This document shows, one piece after another, positions 1-14,385 of a stretch of DNA of 64,000 nucleotides (the first letter of the stretch is position 1; each line of letters starts with the position of its first letter). The position numbers and the translations under genes were made by a program. The DNA is from Struthio camelus (Eukaryota). The DNA lies in the NCBI RefSeq assembly GCF_040807025.1, contig NC_090942.1, positions 204,182,640 through 204,246,639 of the forward strand. Direction: 5' to 3'. Under the pieces are notes generated by a model. The model had not been told where the DNA came from, made no database searches, and saw only the letters and a program-made list of their open reading frames with translations.

Positions 1-1280
1 AAATATATATACAAAAAATTTATATACATCTGCTAAGATGTTATAAGGTTGCTCTTTTACAGAATAAACGCGAATGTTTTGACTTTAAAAAGAAATAAGA
101 GAAAGAGGGACATGTGAAATACAAGTAAAAATGTGATTGAGCTAATGGTTCTTATGCGTTACAAAGAAGATGTAAGAACGTGTGGACTAGTGTCTCTTAT
201 AAACAGAAGTTGTATTTGGAAGGTATGAAATTTAATTTTTCTTGGCCAAGACACAAGAACAGCAAGTATGCTATATTAATAAATTCAGCTGTCCTGTGTT
301 GGATTAGATTTTGAGGACAATTTGAAAAATTTTAAAAGTTGTATGAAAACTAGTCTTTAAAAAAAGCCTTCAGCAGTATCTTTGAGGCAATAGCAATAGA
401 AGGATTCTTCATTCTTGAATGTTTCCAGTACTTGTAATCAGATTGCATTATAATAAGACTTTCACCGCGATAGATGACTAACTTTGAGTGTTAACATGTA
501 CTTGTGACTCTCAAGTATTTGATTAATGAAGTTGTACAATTGAGTAGGGTCCTATCCATTTTCTTAATTTTGTATAAAATGAACTAGTGTATGTTACAAG
601 GCATGTTAAGACTGACATTTTAAATACAATACTGTGTTAGTTGTCTTGCACGTTACCAACTTAAACTTAAAACTTTCCTTTGCAATAATATTCACAAGCT
701 CAAAAGTTTCTAATACTTATGCATTGGCTTTACGATACAGTCTGTATATGCTTTTAAGGAATAAATTCAGCTTAAAGAAGAGTTAGTTTTTGGCCTATGC
801 TAACTCCTTTCGGTTTCTCTAAGGGGTTTAGATGCTGAGGTCTTCTCTTGGCAACAGAGGGCTCTGCAAAAGGTATAGAAGGGAAGTAAGGGAAGGTCCT
901 ACGAACGCTGAAGACCTTTCTTAACGTTACCCAAACAAAAAGCAAAGGACAAAGACATGCAACGTGGAAGTTTTTCACAAATTAAAGCTTAGTAGGGGAA
1001 TAAACTGTATAAATGCTTGGTTTAAACAAGTAATTCTTGTACCTTTTTTTTGTTCATTCATTTTTAAAGACATTTCCCAATTTTAATAATCACATTACTT
1101 TAGAGTATTATTGAAATTATGGGATTATTTAAGAAATGCACAGAATTAGTAATAAAAATTTTTTCCATAAGGGAAATCATAATTTTTGGTCGACAACTGT
1201 AATTACCATTGTAACTACCATTAGGAATGCTTTTCCAATAAATGCTAAAAGTGTATGTATGTATACATACACAAATGTGC

Positions 1281-1298
1281 ATATATATATATATATAT
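1281..1298. repeat. (AT)9 microsatellite
   Basis: atatatatatatatatat, visible directly. Confidence 0.9.
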
Positions 1299-4200
1299 TT
1301 ATATGTAAAAATGTATTGGAATATATATCTGTGCCTATTTCATGTAATGTATATTGCTGTTCTTTGAGTCTTGCAATATTGGTATTTTTAGCAGTGTAAC
1401 TTAATCAGCGAGTCAGCTTCATCAGTTCTGTTCATGACCTGAATCATCAAGGAGGAAATTGGCTTAAACTATCTTCTCTAGCCTTATTGGAATGTCTTTC
1501 TTAAAGACCAAGTCCTGTTGACAACTTATTAAACCTAATGAAAATTCTTGTCATAATATTTGCTCTGTGAAAATAGGACTAAATAGCCTCACATATATTT
1601 TAGCAGTTGCTTAGTTTAATGTGTTTGCCCACTAAATTTTGTGTGATACAGGAGAACTCCTTTTTTTGAACTGCTCCTGCATGGGAACCGTCATTTGGTT
1701 CACAGACTGTAGAGTAGTTTAGGTTGGAAGGACTTTCAGGAGTCATCCAGTACAACTCTTTTAACTTGAAGAGGGTCTAACTGTAGCTCAGGTTACTCAG
1801 GGAGATGTGTGGAAATCTTGTATTTTGAAATTAGATCAGTATTTTTCATTTACAGTTATTTAAAGTTACTACCTCTGGGATAATTGGAACTATTTTTGGT
1901 TACTGTAACTTCAGAGATTTTACATACAGGTCCTGATCTGTGAGTAAAAGCTGAAGGTGAAAGGTAAGAAGGGGAAGGAGAAGGCTTTTTTACTTCAACT
2001 CCTAACTGGCAGCTTAACTTTTAATGAGCTAGTCATTGGAGTGAACTGGTAGAAATTCTGAGGAAAACATGCATAGTATATACTCACAAATATCCCATAT
2101 ATTCTATTTTTGGGTGCCCAGCGAGTGATTTTTAACGGCTTCAATGATTAATGTCTTTAAAATGTAGCCCTCTTTCAGTTAACTACAATTCTGTGTAAAT
2201 CAGTAGCTGATAGTTGCCATTCTGTTCTGTCAGTCCATGATGGAAGGGAAAAATTTATGATTGCAGAAAACTATGCCAGAATTACTTCCTGGAAAGACGT
2301 TTGGAAATAGTTCTTCTTACTTGGAAGAACTTAATGACGTAAGCCAGACTTAGAAGAAAACAATACATTCGAGTAAGAGGTACAGAAATGTCTTACCTAT
2401 TTTGTCAAATGTGAAGTTTGCCAGAGAGCAAGTTCAGATTCCACCTAATGAGAACAGGTAAGAAAATCAGTAGTATGAGTTAATATTTTGTGGTGAACAC
2501 AACTGTGATAACTGTGTAGTTATTTATGAAGTTGCTGATTTTTGATGTGCAAATATGGCTGATATGGGAAATATGTTTTAATGAGGTTTTTTTGGATGCT
2601 GTATCTTATTTTGGTCACCATGTTTTAGATGAAAGGTGAGTGGCTAATTTCACATGAATCAGAAATTGCATTTCTTGGCCACAGACACTTGAAGGGCACT
2701 ATATCATCTGTCTTCTGATATCAACAGATATTTCCGTTGGTATCTTTTTCATGTGCTAAGTTATCCAATGATAAATATTCCATTTCATATAAATCTTTTG
2801 ACAGTTTTGTTACAATGAAAACTGTGTTATTTGGAGACAAGGTTTTAAATTTCTTTAGACTGCTTAAATTACAAGGCATGTTCCCAGGAAAAAAAGTAAT
2901 GTCAGTTCGTCAAAACAGTGTCAGTAATCTCGGTTAAAAGAGGTGGTCAGTTTTGTCACTACTTCTGTTTTCATTTTCAATGTGAGAGGAATGGCGTCTG
3001 ATGAAAGCTCTCCTGTATCTCATCCAGGTTCCTTTTCAAAACTGATAAATTTCATGATGTTATGGAAAGTGGATTTAAGAACGTACTGATATCTTTCAAA
3101 GATTAGAAGAATCATCCTAGCAGTTTTCTGTTTACCTAGACTATTGATATCAATGGTGATTGAAATGTAAGAGCATTGCTGTGCATGGTATATACTGAAT
3201 GCTCAAGAAATCTCATATACAATGCTTGTAGAAGGGCAGAATCTATGATATATTAAATATAGAATATATATGTAATTTGAAAACAGGGAATGCTCAATAT
3301 TTCCATGCAGATCTAGTTTCTACCGTTGACATTAAAAGGAATTGAGAATGTGAGGAAATCTCACTTATTTTTAATACTGCACCTAAAATAACTAGCAAGT
3401 ACAGTGCCGTAGTTGCATTTCGGTCAGATTTTCTAAAAGCAAATTATTCATGTAAATACAACCGTTTTGAGGTTTGTTGGTATTACTGAGTTCTAAAGTC
3501 TATTATTAGAATCATGCAAAAGAAGTCGCAGGAAATTTGTGTTTTGCATTGTGTGAAGAGTTGTCCTTTGACAATAGTGTTTGCTTTCCTGTGATCCCGT
3601 TGTCCTTTCTAGGATTTTCCTGAAGTTTATATTACACTTTACTACACACCCTTTGTCTTTCATGGTCTACTTTTCCCCCTGTAATTGTATATCATCCGTT
3701 TTTCTTGTTCTCTTCCAGTTTGAGTCCTTTTACCAGATACTGTGTGACTTCAGAGGTTCTTAACTGCCTCCATACCTATTTCTCTAGTAACAGTTTAACC
3801 CTCCTCTCTCTAGCTACTCAGTTTTAACTCCTTGTTATGAGTACTTATGGGTGGCTTCAGGAGAAGGGTTGAAGCAGGCCACTACTCAAAAGAAGAATGG
3901 GCTAGTGAGAAAAGAAGCCCTGAGATGATCCATGTCTCATTGTTATGCTCTACAAAGAGTTTGAGTATCAAAGAACAGAGCTTTCAGGTGGGCTAGAATA
4001 TCAACCAGCTGTGACTCGGCTGCTTCGTCATAACTGCTTATTGATATTCCCTTCTTTTTGATATTTTAGACATGCCGTAGAATGGTGGACTTAACTGCAG
4101 TAACTTGTTCATACACACATAGTAAAAAGTCGTCTAGGTCATGATCTGTCTGGGTTAGGACTGAGTTTTTGTCACCACCTGGGCTCCTTCGAATACGAAA

Positions 4201-4604
4201 TTCTGTAAATGATCTTATCTAAATATATTTTTACAGTTACTGTGTCAAGTGTTTAATTACGTTCATGATGCATGCTGTCAGTTGACATTTGAAGCTGAGT
4301 ATTTCCTCTGATAGGGGATTTATCTTATATGTGTTAATTCACTGTTAAGTTTATAGATGAAGAACTTCCCCATGCCGAAAATTCATCAGGATCCTCTTCC
4401 TATTGCTCCAATTTGTAGCAGAGTAATAGTTTTCGGTAGGTGTGTTGACAGATTAATAGACGGCAGAGATCATAAGTGACTTCAGTGGATCTTCAGTCTA
4501 AAGCTCAAGTGTTTTTTACATGGTAATAAGTCAACCCCAAAGTTAAAGATACAAAGTGGCAAATACTTACTTGGAGCTTTTTTGTTACAAAGATTAAACT
4601 AGCC

Positions 4605-4620
4605 AAAAAAAAAAAAAAAA
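4605..4620. repeat. A16 homopolymer
   Basis: Visible directly. Confidence 0.9.
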
Positions 4621-6955
4621 TTCTGCAGCCCTCCATCCCGCTCACTTCCCTTTTACCTCCCATTTGTTGTACTCAGTGTTAATTGAAGACTTGTAGCATT
4701 TCTGGCAAACTGAGAAATTAAGGGTGTATTAAAGCTTCTGTCCTTCACAAAGAAAACTAGTTAAAATTCTAGTAATTAGCTACTTCTGTAGCTCTGTATT
4801 TAATATTCTTGTCTAACTGGTTTCGTACTTGGCAGTGCCTTGTATAGCACACTTCACGTAAAGTACTGTACGGTGGAATCCGAGATACTTAAATTCTTGT
4901 GTTGTGTGTTGCAAGAATTGGGAGTGTCCCAAACTAGATTATGGGCAGTAATTCAAAGTCCGATACGTTCAGCTGTAGCTAAAGAGTATCCCATGTCTGT
5001 TTATGGCTTCTCTGAGGTAATTTGTTTATACACACACAAACGCTTGCACATCCACACGATGGATGTAAATAGCCATGGTATCGTTCTACCACGTTTGGCT
5101 AAGGATTGGTATTAGAGATGAAATACCACATTTTTTCCTTCTAATCTCCTCACGTCAGGGCTGATGTATAATAGACTGACATCAACAAAGTTGTATACTA
5201 ATTTTTGTGACGAGCTGGTATCAATTTGTGGATCTGATTGCCCCTTACGAGGATACTGATACTACTTAAATGCTAGTAGACATTGCTCTGAAAGGTTTGA
5301 CAAAGTTGCATGGTTCTGTGGGTTATGAAGGTTTAAGGTGGGTTGTAGGATCAGAAGAGGAGGTCCTTAAAACGTTCATAAATTGGCTTTCGCAGCTGGA
5401 CCTTAAAAGCTGCCTCTGGCTTTTAGTTACGAGCCTAACTTTTCTTCTCTTCATTAAATGGCATTTCATATGAAATGGTGTTTAATCATTATTCTTATAT
5501 TAAATACATTTACTGGGATAATATGATTTACCAGAAACAAACCAATTGACCCGAGAACTTTTTTCATATACGTTATGACAGTTTCCTATACCAGGACATT
5601 TTTACAAAACTGTTGACTCTCTTCTGTCAAATACTGATGATTGCCGCTTTAAATGTGCGAAGGTAGAAGACTCAGATTTGTCATCCAAAACACGACTGAA
5701 TGAAAAAGGACCTTTTTGAAACTGTAGAAATACTATGTATGCATTTTGACGTGATTAATATTTCAGTTTAAAATTTGCTTTTTGCAAGACTGATTCAGTT
5801 GCTCAGGATAACGGAATTTGTTTCAAAGGGCATCTCAATTAATACTCTTAAATCGTAAGTGGAATGATTTTCAGAAAAGCAGGTAATATTTTTTTCTTTT
5901 CATGTATGGTTATTGTCAAGATGCATGTGAGTGCACTTGAGGGTGGAATATACTTTGGCCTTCTTGCAGAAGATTTTTAATGAAGAAAAATGTTACTTAT
6001 TTTTGGTATAAATTTGATTCATTTTTCATTTTGAACTGTAAAATTTGTTCTGTCGTACTCTTGATGTAAATAGCAATATTAAAATCATCTGGAATTTTAG
6101 TTTTCTGTGATAGGTGTACTTTGTTCTCCCCTAAGTGATATTTGCCACTCTGGTACTACCTTTAGTTTTGAGTATTGTTTCGTTGCAGGGCGTGGTTCAC
6201 GATCAGTGACATCAGAAATTTTTTTTTCTGGTGGCTGATTGAGAATCAGTTGAATCTGGATCAGTTTGGCATGTCATTGTATTTGTCTGTTTAGCATAAA
6301 TGCATGTTACATGGTTACATGCATGTTACATAATGCATTTTTATGCTAGCTGCAAGAAGATGGTCGATATCTGATCTGGCATAACAATAGCATGGTATAA
6401 GCGATTCATCAAAAAATGTACCACCACTGAGTTAACAGTCACAATTATTTGAACAAAGTTGAACTGTCAGATTGGGTTCATATGCCATAGTAATCAACAG
6501 AAGCATTTTTGAGACATAAAACCAGATTGACTGTATTATTGAACCACGGCCATTAGGCAACATGGTAATAAGATCTCTTTCTTTACGCTTTAATACGTAA
6601 ATATACTGCTTTTTATTAATGAAAATACTGAGTGAAGGTGGATTTATGTGCAGTTGATCACATTACTATTTGGAGACTTTAGACAGCTGCATCTGATAAA
6701 TGGAACTTGTGATTGATATTATCTTCCTTTAGCATTGTGCGAAAATGCACAACATTGAACTTGCTACTGCATTCCATTTTATAAAACCAGGGGAATATAT
6801 ATAACTTTATTCCTTATACAGTTTTGTGATCAGTGGAAACATTTAAAATTTTTAAACATTTAAAATTTTTAAAACTTTTTATTTTCGTGGAGTAAATGGG
6901 AATGTGTAAGTTCTGAGAATGCTAGGTTGACCATGAAAACTATGTTTACTTTCAG

Positions 6956-7013
6956 AGAGAACAGGAAATGAGAATGGGTGATATGGGTCCTCGTGGAGCA
7001 ATAAACATGGGAG
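6956..7013 (+). CDS. PSPC1: PSPC1 coding exon (REQEMRMGDMGPRGAINMG, phase 0 start, ends with 1 carried base)
   Basis: Acceptor tttactttcag| at 6945-6955 and donor |gtaggg at 7014. Translation matches the PSPC1 coiled-coil-distal region. The carried g plus 'at' of the next exon gives Asp, as in ...NMGDAF. Confidence 0.85.
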
Positions 7014-8502
7014 GTAGGGATCTGAAGGAAAAAGGCTTCTGTAATTTAAAATTTCGTTTCTTTGGGACTGTACATGTTACTCATGGGTACTATTCATCTG
7101 TGACAAGTACTGATTAAAAGGAATAAAGAGTTTTGTATTAGGAAATACAAAATCTCACCCATTTTGCTTCCAAACAGCTTTTTGTTTGTTTTTTTCCCCC
7201 AGGGAGTATCGTTGTATTTTATTTTTAGTATACATGGGAGGAAGAAATGCACAAGTTAGAAGTAAAAAGGCAAGAAGGAGGATACTCTTCAATTTATCTG
7301 ATAGAAGACTACTTTCTTTTTGTTTAAGAAGTGTTCAGGGTTATTTTGGGGGGCTACCTGATCAGAAGAAGCGAGACTGTAATTGCATGCAGTGAAATGA
7401 TTTAGAACTTAAAATAGGTCAGTTTTTGTTGACATACTCAACAAAAGATTAATGAATAACGGGATTGGTATTTTAGTTTATTGCAAGTCTGTACTTGTGA
7501 CTATTCTCAGTTCACTTTTGTGATTTATCGTATTGTCACTGCTAAAAACTGTTACTGCAAAGTCTCAAAAAGTACGTTCTTAATAATTAGCACTTGCTGC
7601 ATATATTCAGACTGAAACAATTAGTATTTTTTTGTTTAACCAGAATATCTGCTTTTAAACAAAACTAAACGTGGAATATTTCTTAAAAAACAATCTTATT
7701 AAACAGTGTTAGCTGTCAAAATAAGTCATTAGGAAGCTTCCTAATACTTACAAAAGAACTTGCAGACTTAAGACAAGTTAGTATCATTCTTGTGTATTAT
7801 AAATTTGAACGTATATACAAAGTTTATTAAATGTTATGGCTTAACTTATACATTAATGTATTTGTTCTGTCCAGGTTTTGAATGCCTTACTCGCTTTGAT
7901 GCGTTCACCAACAGCAACACATTTACAAATGTGTAGAACTGAATTATTTTTCTTTTGGAAAATATTTTTAAAAGCTTTAAAAATCACTTTAAAGGAAGAC
8001 GTTGTGAAGGTCACATAATCTAGAAATGATATTCTGAAGCATACATTTTGACTGATAATTTTTACTTTATAGTTTTATTTTTGCCTATTGTTTTCATGCC
8101 TTCTACTTGAAAGTTCCATTTAATTGGGAAACTTTTAAAATATATTGTGAAAACTTCTAATGCTAATTTTCCAGATCTACAACATACGCTTTTTGCATAT
8201 GGATTTTAAACCTTTCTAAACGCCTGTGTACGCATAGCAGTCAGTTCACAGCCCTTCACTTTTCTTACTAGTTTTTAATGCTTAATATTTACGTCCATTG
8301 TAGTCTTGTTTTATAAGGCTTCAGATATGACTTTTTTGGTTTAAACTTATTAACAGTGACTGCTTTTAGAAATAAATGTGCAATTCCAAAAGAACTTACA
8401 GTAACAGCTAATTGCCTTTTTAAAAGGGGAAAATATCATAGCAAGTAGGTAAAGATGTGCTTTTTCCACAGCATACAAATTTTAGGTTACTTTGCTGTAG
8501 AG

Positions 8503-8519
8503 TTTTTTTTTTTTTTTTT
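8503..8519. repeat. T17 homopolymer
   Basis: Visible directly. Confidence 0.9.
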
Positions 8520-10883
8520 AAAGCCCAATAGAAAGCACTGATGTAACAGTAGACCTTTAAACAGTAATCCTTTAATTGTTTGCCCTAATGTATCTTTCTC
8601 TCTTACTATTGCTATTGGAACTGTAACTTTATTTTTAACTGGCCTTTACACGTGCTACTTGCAACTTTTATCTGGGACAGTGGGGAACTGGGTTGTCTTC
8701 AGTAGTTGAAGAATCTTCATGATAGGGTTATTGGAAAGCAAGGCGCACCTTTGTGCTGCATTTAAGTAGTGTAGAGTTGACTTGTGCAAAAGCACTCACC
8801 TGTACGTTGTTTGCAGCAAGCAAGTTCTGAAAGGATACATGAGCCACATGATAGCTTTTGACTGGATCTGCAGTGCTGGGTCCAGCTAATAAGCCTTTCT
8901 GTAACGTAGAGAAGAATGACTTTATGGGAATTCTCTCCTTTGAGGATTGACTGTGGCTTATTACCAGCTGTGCCAGACCTTGACGTGTGCAACTTGGGTA
9001 TTTAGAGAGCATGCAACTTTGTCATGGTTAAAGGGTAATTGTACATTAATTGCATGTGGCCAGCTTGGGCTATGCCAAGTTTAATTAGTGCCCTGGTAAG
9101 CATGCTATAGATAGTAGAGCATGGAGTGGTTTTAGTTAATTGCAGCACCAGCACTGAGCACTGGCATCATGATAGTCGTGCTGGGTATCTTTAGCCTCTG
9201 AAAACAAAGGTCGCTTATGTTGGCAGTTCTGTACTCCTCTTCCTTTCCTTCCATATTTAGTCCTTAAATGGATGGCACTAAAAACTAGTTCTATGGCATA
9301 CTCAGCAGTAGTTTTCTCTTGGATTGCAGAACCTGCTTCTACCTGCTCCATGAACTAATCTGGCTTATGGGTATGTAAGAAGCGCATACAAAGGCCTTAA
9401 CTCTGGCGCAGTGGTGTAGGGAGAGGTCTTGGAGAAGCATCTTGGGGCCAAACTCGGACGAGTTTTGCTTTTTGAAAACCATAGGGCTTTTCCATCTCTA
9501 ATATAGTTGTGAAACACCTGACGCATGCCACTGTGGTTGCATGAATTATTTTTGCTAGACAACTTGCATTTGGCACTAATGTAGATGATCAGGCCAAAGT
9601 CTCCAATTTTAGCAGCAATATCTTGGGTGTAGTGATTCACTGACTGCTGTGATACTTGTGCTCAGTCCAGGTTATAAAGATGGATTTTTGCATACATGCA
9701 GATGGTCAAAGAACTGTATTTGGGCTAAATGACCTGCTTACAATGATGCTTGTTTTTATATTTGCTACTGGAAAAGTTGTTATGATGAGGGGTTGATTTT
9801 TGGAATGGAGAAGATGAATAAGTTTTAGTCTGGCAATGTATCTGTTATTTCTTGATTGGGCTCAGGTGTTGCCATGACTTAAAACATGGGCTAGTTTCCA
9901 AAGGCACACTTTCTTCTGTTACCAAATTTTGGATGCACACTCTTCTTTGAATAGAATGGATTATCAATGTGGAAAAACAGTGCATCACCACCAGTCTTAA
10001 GGTTGATGAAATCTTACAATAGCAGACATTAATATGATTTATATAATCAGATCTCTTCTTTTATGGCAACATTATAAAGCATTACAAGTGCAATTTTACT
10101 TACCTGTTGAGTGTATTAGTGGGTACTGGCGGAGTGATGTTTCCTGGCAGAAACATGTTTCGCTGTTAAATATTGTAGCTAAATGATCTCTTCAAAGGAT
10201 GTTTTTGAATTTTTTTTTTACCTCCTACTGTGAATCATAATTTTGGAGGAGGCTATGTTCCTTTTTCAAATGCCATTTTCAATGATACAAAACCTTTCCT
10301 TAATCTTCTGATATTTTTACTATAATAAATCAGATGTAAATGCTAGATTTCTTTCTGCCCTGTTACAAATCATGTAAAGTTGAGTAGTGCCACTCTTTGC
10401 TATTGCTTTTAGACATTAGACTAATATCCTGTAACACAGTATACACCTAACATTAGTATTGGAGGAACAGTTCTTGAAAATGTGTTCTTAATATGATGTT
10501 ATAGTCTTGAAAGAGACAGGTTGCCTTTATAGCTATCAGTTATTGCAAGTTCAACTCAAGTTTTTTCTAATTTGTGATGTGTACAGTATATATTTATTGG
10601 ATGAATGTTTACATTCCTGTGCAAAAAACAATAGAGCTATATTTAGCTGCAAAATTCATGATTCTCAAATAGAGAAGGCAGATTATATAATGCAAAATAA
10701 AGGGGTTAATGAATCTGTTTAAAAGCAGATGATTGAGATAAATGTACAGTCTCAAAGAACAGAATTTTTCATATTTCAAGTGTTGGAAGTCTTGTACATT
10801 TGGCTTTTTAAATGCTGTAAATTGTTTGTTTATTCTTGTAAAATTCAGATAGGACAGCTCTAAGTATAGATTGTTTTGCATAG

Positions 10884-11053
10884 ATGCGTTTAGCCCAGCA
10901 CCTGCTGGTAACCAAGGCCCTCCTCCAATGATGGGTATGAATATGAACAACAGAGGAACTTTACCTGGCCCTGCAATGGGTCCTGGTCCTTCCATGGGAC
11001 CAGAAGGAGCTGCAAATATGGGAACACCAATGATGCCAGATAATGGAGCAGTG
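10884..11053 (+). CDS. PSPC1: PSPC1 coding exon (Gly/Pro/Met-rich low-complexity region)
   Basis: Acceptor ttgttttgcatag| and donor GTG|gtaacg. Encodes (D)[56 protein letters not shown]. The phase is consistent with both flanking exons. Confidence 0.9.
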
Positions 11054-12921
11054 GTAACGTATCACAAATTTAATTACTTTGAATAGCTGTCATGTTTCAT
11101 GGCACATGTTTGTTACCAAAGATATTTTCACACTTAGTAAGGGTGTGTTGTGTATTTTGAGTCTGTTAAATGTAATTGGTAAGACTTGCTTGTTCACGGA
11201 AATTGTTTACAACACAGAAGGGAAATCTTTGTTTTATGTTAGAAGAAAATTGTGAAAATCCTACCCCCTCAGGAACGGGGGGTGAGTTCTTTGGTCAGTA
11301 ACCAGACTCTTTAAACTGAGAGTGGAAGGTACAATGATTCTGGTGAAATTTTGTATGTATTATTTGTTGTGAAAAACTGTTACTGATGCAAGGAAATCAC
11401 TTCTGTGAAATGTAGAAAGAACGATATACCAGAGTAACCTGTAAATTGAGGTATTCACTTTTTTTCCTCTTTTGTGAAATTAAATTGTGTATATTAGCCT
11501 GTTTTTCTAATAATCAGATGATCAGTTGGATGTTGGAAACTGTGTAGTGTGAAGATATCTTTGTGTAAACTACCAATTTTTTAAAGTGATTTTAGTGTTC
11601 ATGTTTTTTCTTTCTAGCTGTGCATTGAACACACCAGTAGAGATTGTGACAGTAATTACACCCCTTAAGAGAATAAGTATGCCAACAACTGTTAGGGATA
11701 ATGGCTATATCAACATAAGAAAAACAATATTGCCTGGTTGTCAAGGGCAAGTAGGAATATGCTGTTGACATTTGGAACTTATTTATCAAGAGCAGATATG
11801 CTATTGGTCTGCAGTCAAAGCGCTAGCTATTTTCACTCTATTCTCATAGCCATTCATTTTTCCTATCTGTAATGTCTTATGTAGAGAAACAACTATGTCA
11901 TTTTTTAATACCTGATTTTTACATGTTCTCAGTATTCTTGTGTAATAGATATCTGAGATGTTCTGGTGATAGAGTGATATAAAGGAGTATGTGGTGTAAA
12001 CGGTGATTCCATTATAGTTTTACTGGAACCACTGTAGCATTGTATAGATTACATTTCTTTTGTATACCCTTCTCAAAAGAAGAAAGAACAGAATCAGTCA
12101 GTGACTGAGTGGCCCATATTATGAAGTGTTGGTAAAATCCTTTGTTCCTTGGAGGAAACTGAGATTTTGGTTGAGTGCAAAATATATGCTGAATCTGGTC
12201 TTTATCGGTTAGAAGAGAGGATCTCACCTCACATCATAGGAACCAGCTCGTTTTATCAGTTGAATCATTTCTCCCAAAGGGGCTGGGGAAGAAGTACTGT
12301 TGTCAGAGATGCTTTTTGCTAGAAACTGTTGTGTTACTGCATTGTGTCACTTCTGAACCTGCCCCTTCTCCTCCCCAAGATATTTCTTGTTAAGTTTTTT
12401 TTCTACTTAGAAAAAGAAATAATAGGGAAAATTGCTGGTGCAGTTTTACAAGACTGAAGGTTGGAGAACTTTATTTTGATGTTCTCACGTCCCCTCTGGA
12501 ACATTCTCGTGTGAATAGTTATGAGGAAAGAACATGGGATCTTACATCTCAAACTGTTGTTTTTCTACAAAAAGTCATTTCAGGTATGGAAACACAGGAA
12601 ACGTACTGACGTTTCAAATGGCTGGATAGAGTGATAAGCATGTCCAAAAAGACCACAAATAATTCGACTTGCATTTTCTTCCTGCGTGTCACTGAAGGAC
12701 AAATTGAATAGATGCTTTTTTTCATTTTGCACTTTCAAGGTTTTGAATTTGAGGAGGGCAGGCCTCTAGAGAAAGGCATGCCCTTCTTGTATTTTTGCTG
12801 TTTTTGGAAAGATACCGTTAAATCCTTTGAGGACTCTCCTAAAATGCTATTGAACTAAATTTTTGTTTCTGTTGAGAGAAAATAGACAACAGGAGTTATA
12901 GTCAGTGAAGAAATGTAGTTT

Positions 12922-12925
<4 letters not shown>

Positions 12926-12962
<37 letters not shown>
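12926..12962. repeat. (CT)n microsatellite, about 18 units
   Basis: Uninterrupted tc dinucleotide run, visible directly. Confidence 0.95.
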
Positions 12963-12966
<4 letters not shown>

Positions 12967-14040
12967 GTTTTTATATTGGATATTCTCTTGCATTTCTTCT
13001 TAGTGTTACTTTTATTTTTGCTATTAGAATATGGTCCTGCCACTGCTATCTTTTGAGATGCAAAGTGTCTTTGAATTTAACATTTTGAAAAATTACTTTT
13101 TTCATACTTTATTGTAGATAGTTATTGACTGCTGTTTTCTTTTTGGGGGGGAGAGAGAGAGGTCCTTGGTGAAAATAGTTGTCCTTTGCCCAGATGTTAA
13201 ACTGAAAATTTATAGGAGTATGTAATTAGCTATTTATTGAAATTTGTTCATATCTGTTGCTAGCAAGCTGGCATGAGCTGGACAATTCTTAGCTGTCCAC
13301 AGTGCTGCAGTTTTTAAGGTAGTTTGGGGCAATAGTAGATCTTTATGCTGCTGCTGCAGTATCTGTTTTAAAACAATACATTTCTCTAGACAATGTTAAC
13401 ATTTTAATGATATGTATATTAAACACTCATGGTCTAAATTGCATATAATTATTTCTATATAGATGTAATAAAATGCTGCTTTAAAAAAATACATATTATA
13501 TGTGTATATATATTTTTATATATATATATGTATTAGCAGACTTTAGAGCTGTTGAGCTCTGGAATTATACTTTCAGAAGAATTCTCCTCTGATTCGGGCA
13601 TATAAATAAAGTGGTAGTTTTTCCTTTTCTTGTTAAACTCTGAATACCTGGGTAGTTAATGTAGATCTCTGTACAGAAGGAATTTCTTTTGAAAGTATAG
13701 CTGTTCTGAACAGCTTAATGATGGCTTACTTGAAGACCTATCTGCACTATATGTGTGTCTTTAGTAGCTGATGTTATGTTGAGGTAATGTTTTAGCCTTT
13801 ATCATGTGGGGTTTTGTTTATAAACACTTGCAAAAGTGCTGAACGATAACTACTCCAGTGCATATATGCTGTTTTGAGTCTTAATTGTTATAGCGAATGT
13901 ATATGTAAGCACATTTAATGTCAGGCATAGAACTAAGGAAAATCAGAAATGTGGAACAACTGGATTTTTCATCTCTTATCGATATTTCAGGTTAAGCTTT
14001 AGGTATTTACCAAGATATTTTTTTAAACTAAGTGTAGTCC

Positions 14041-14385
14041 AATTATTAAATAGCCAGTTTCTGCAGATAAAGCATTTCCGTCCGTATTATCTATAGTCAA
14101 CCTTTTGTATGACATTTTAGGAATATTTAACTAGACTTCTAAAATTCAATTGAGATGAATATAAGCAGTGATAAAATTAATAATTTGACTATACTTAATT
14201 TAAAAAAGTACCTTGATAAATAACAACCTGAAAACTTAAATAGCCAAGTTCTGCAGATAAAGCATGTCAGTCCATATTACCTGTAGTCAACCTTTTGTAT
14301 GGCATTTTAGGTATATTTAACTGGACTTTTAAAATCCAATTCAAATGAATATAATGAGTGATAAAATTAATTTTTCAGGTTATAT
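14041..14385. repeat. Tandem duplication: ~150-bp unit twice, period ~190 bp, in the last PSPC1 intron
   Basis: 14046-14190 (ttaaatagccagtttctgcagataaagcatttccgtccgtattatctatagtcaaccttttgtatgacattttaggaatatttaactagacttctaaaattcaattgagatgaatataagcagtgataaaattaat) recurs at 14236-14380 at roughly 85-90 percent identity. Confidence 0.85.
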
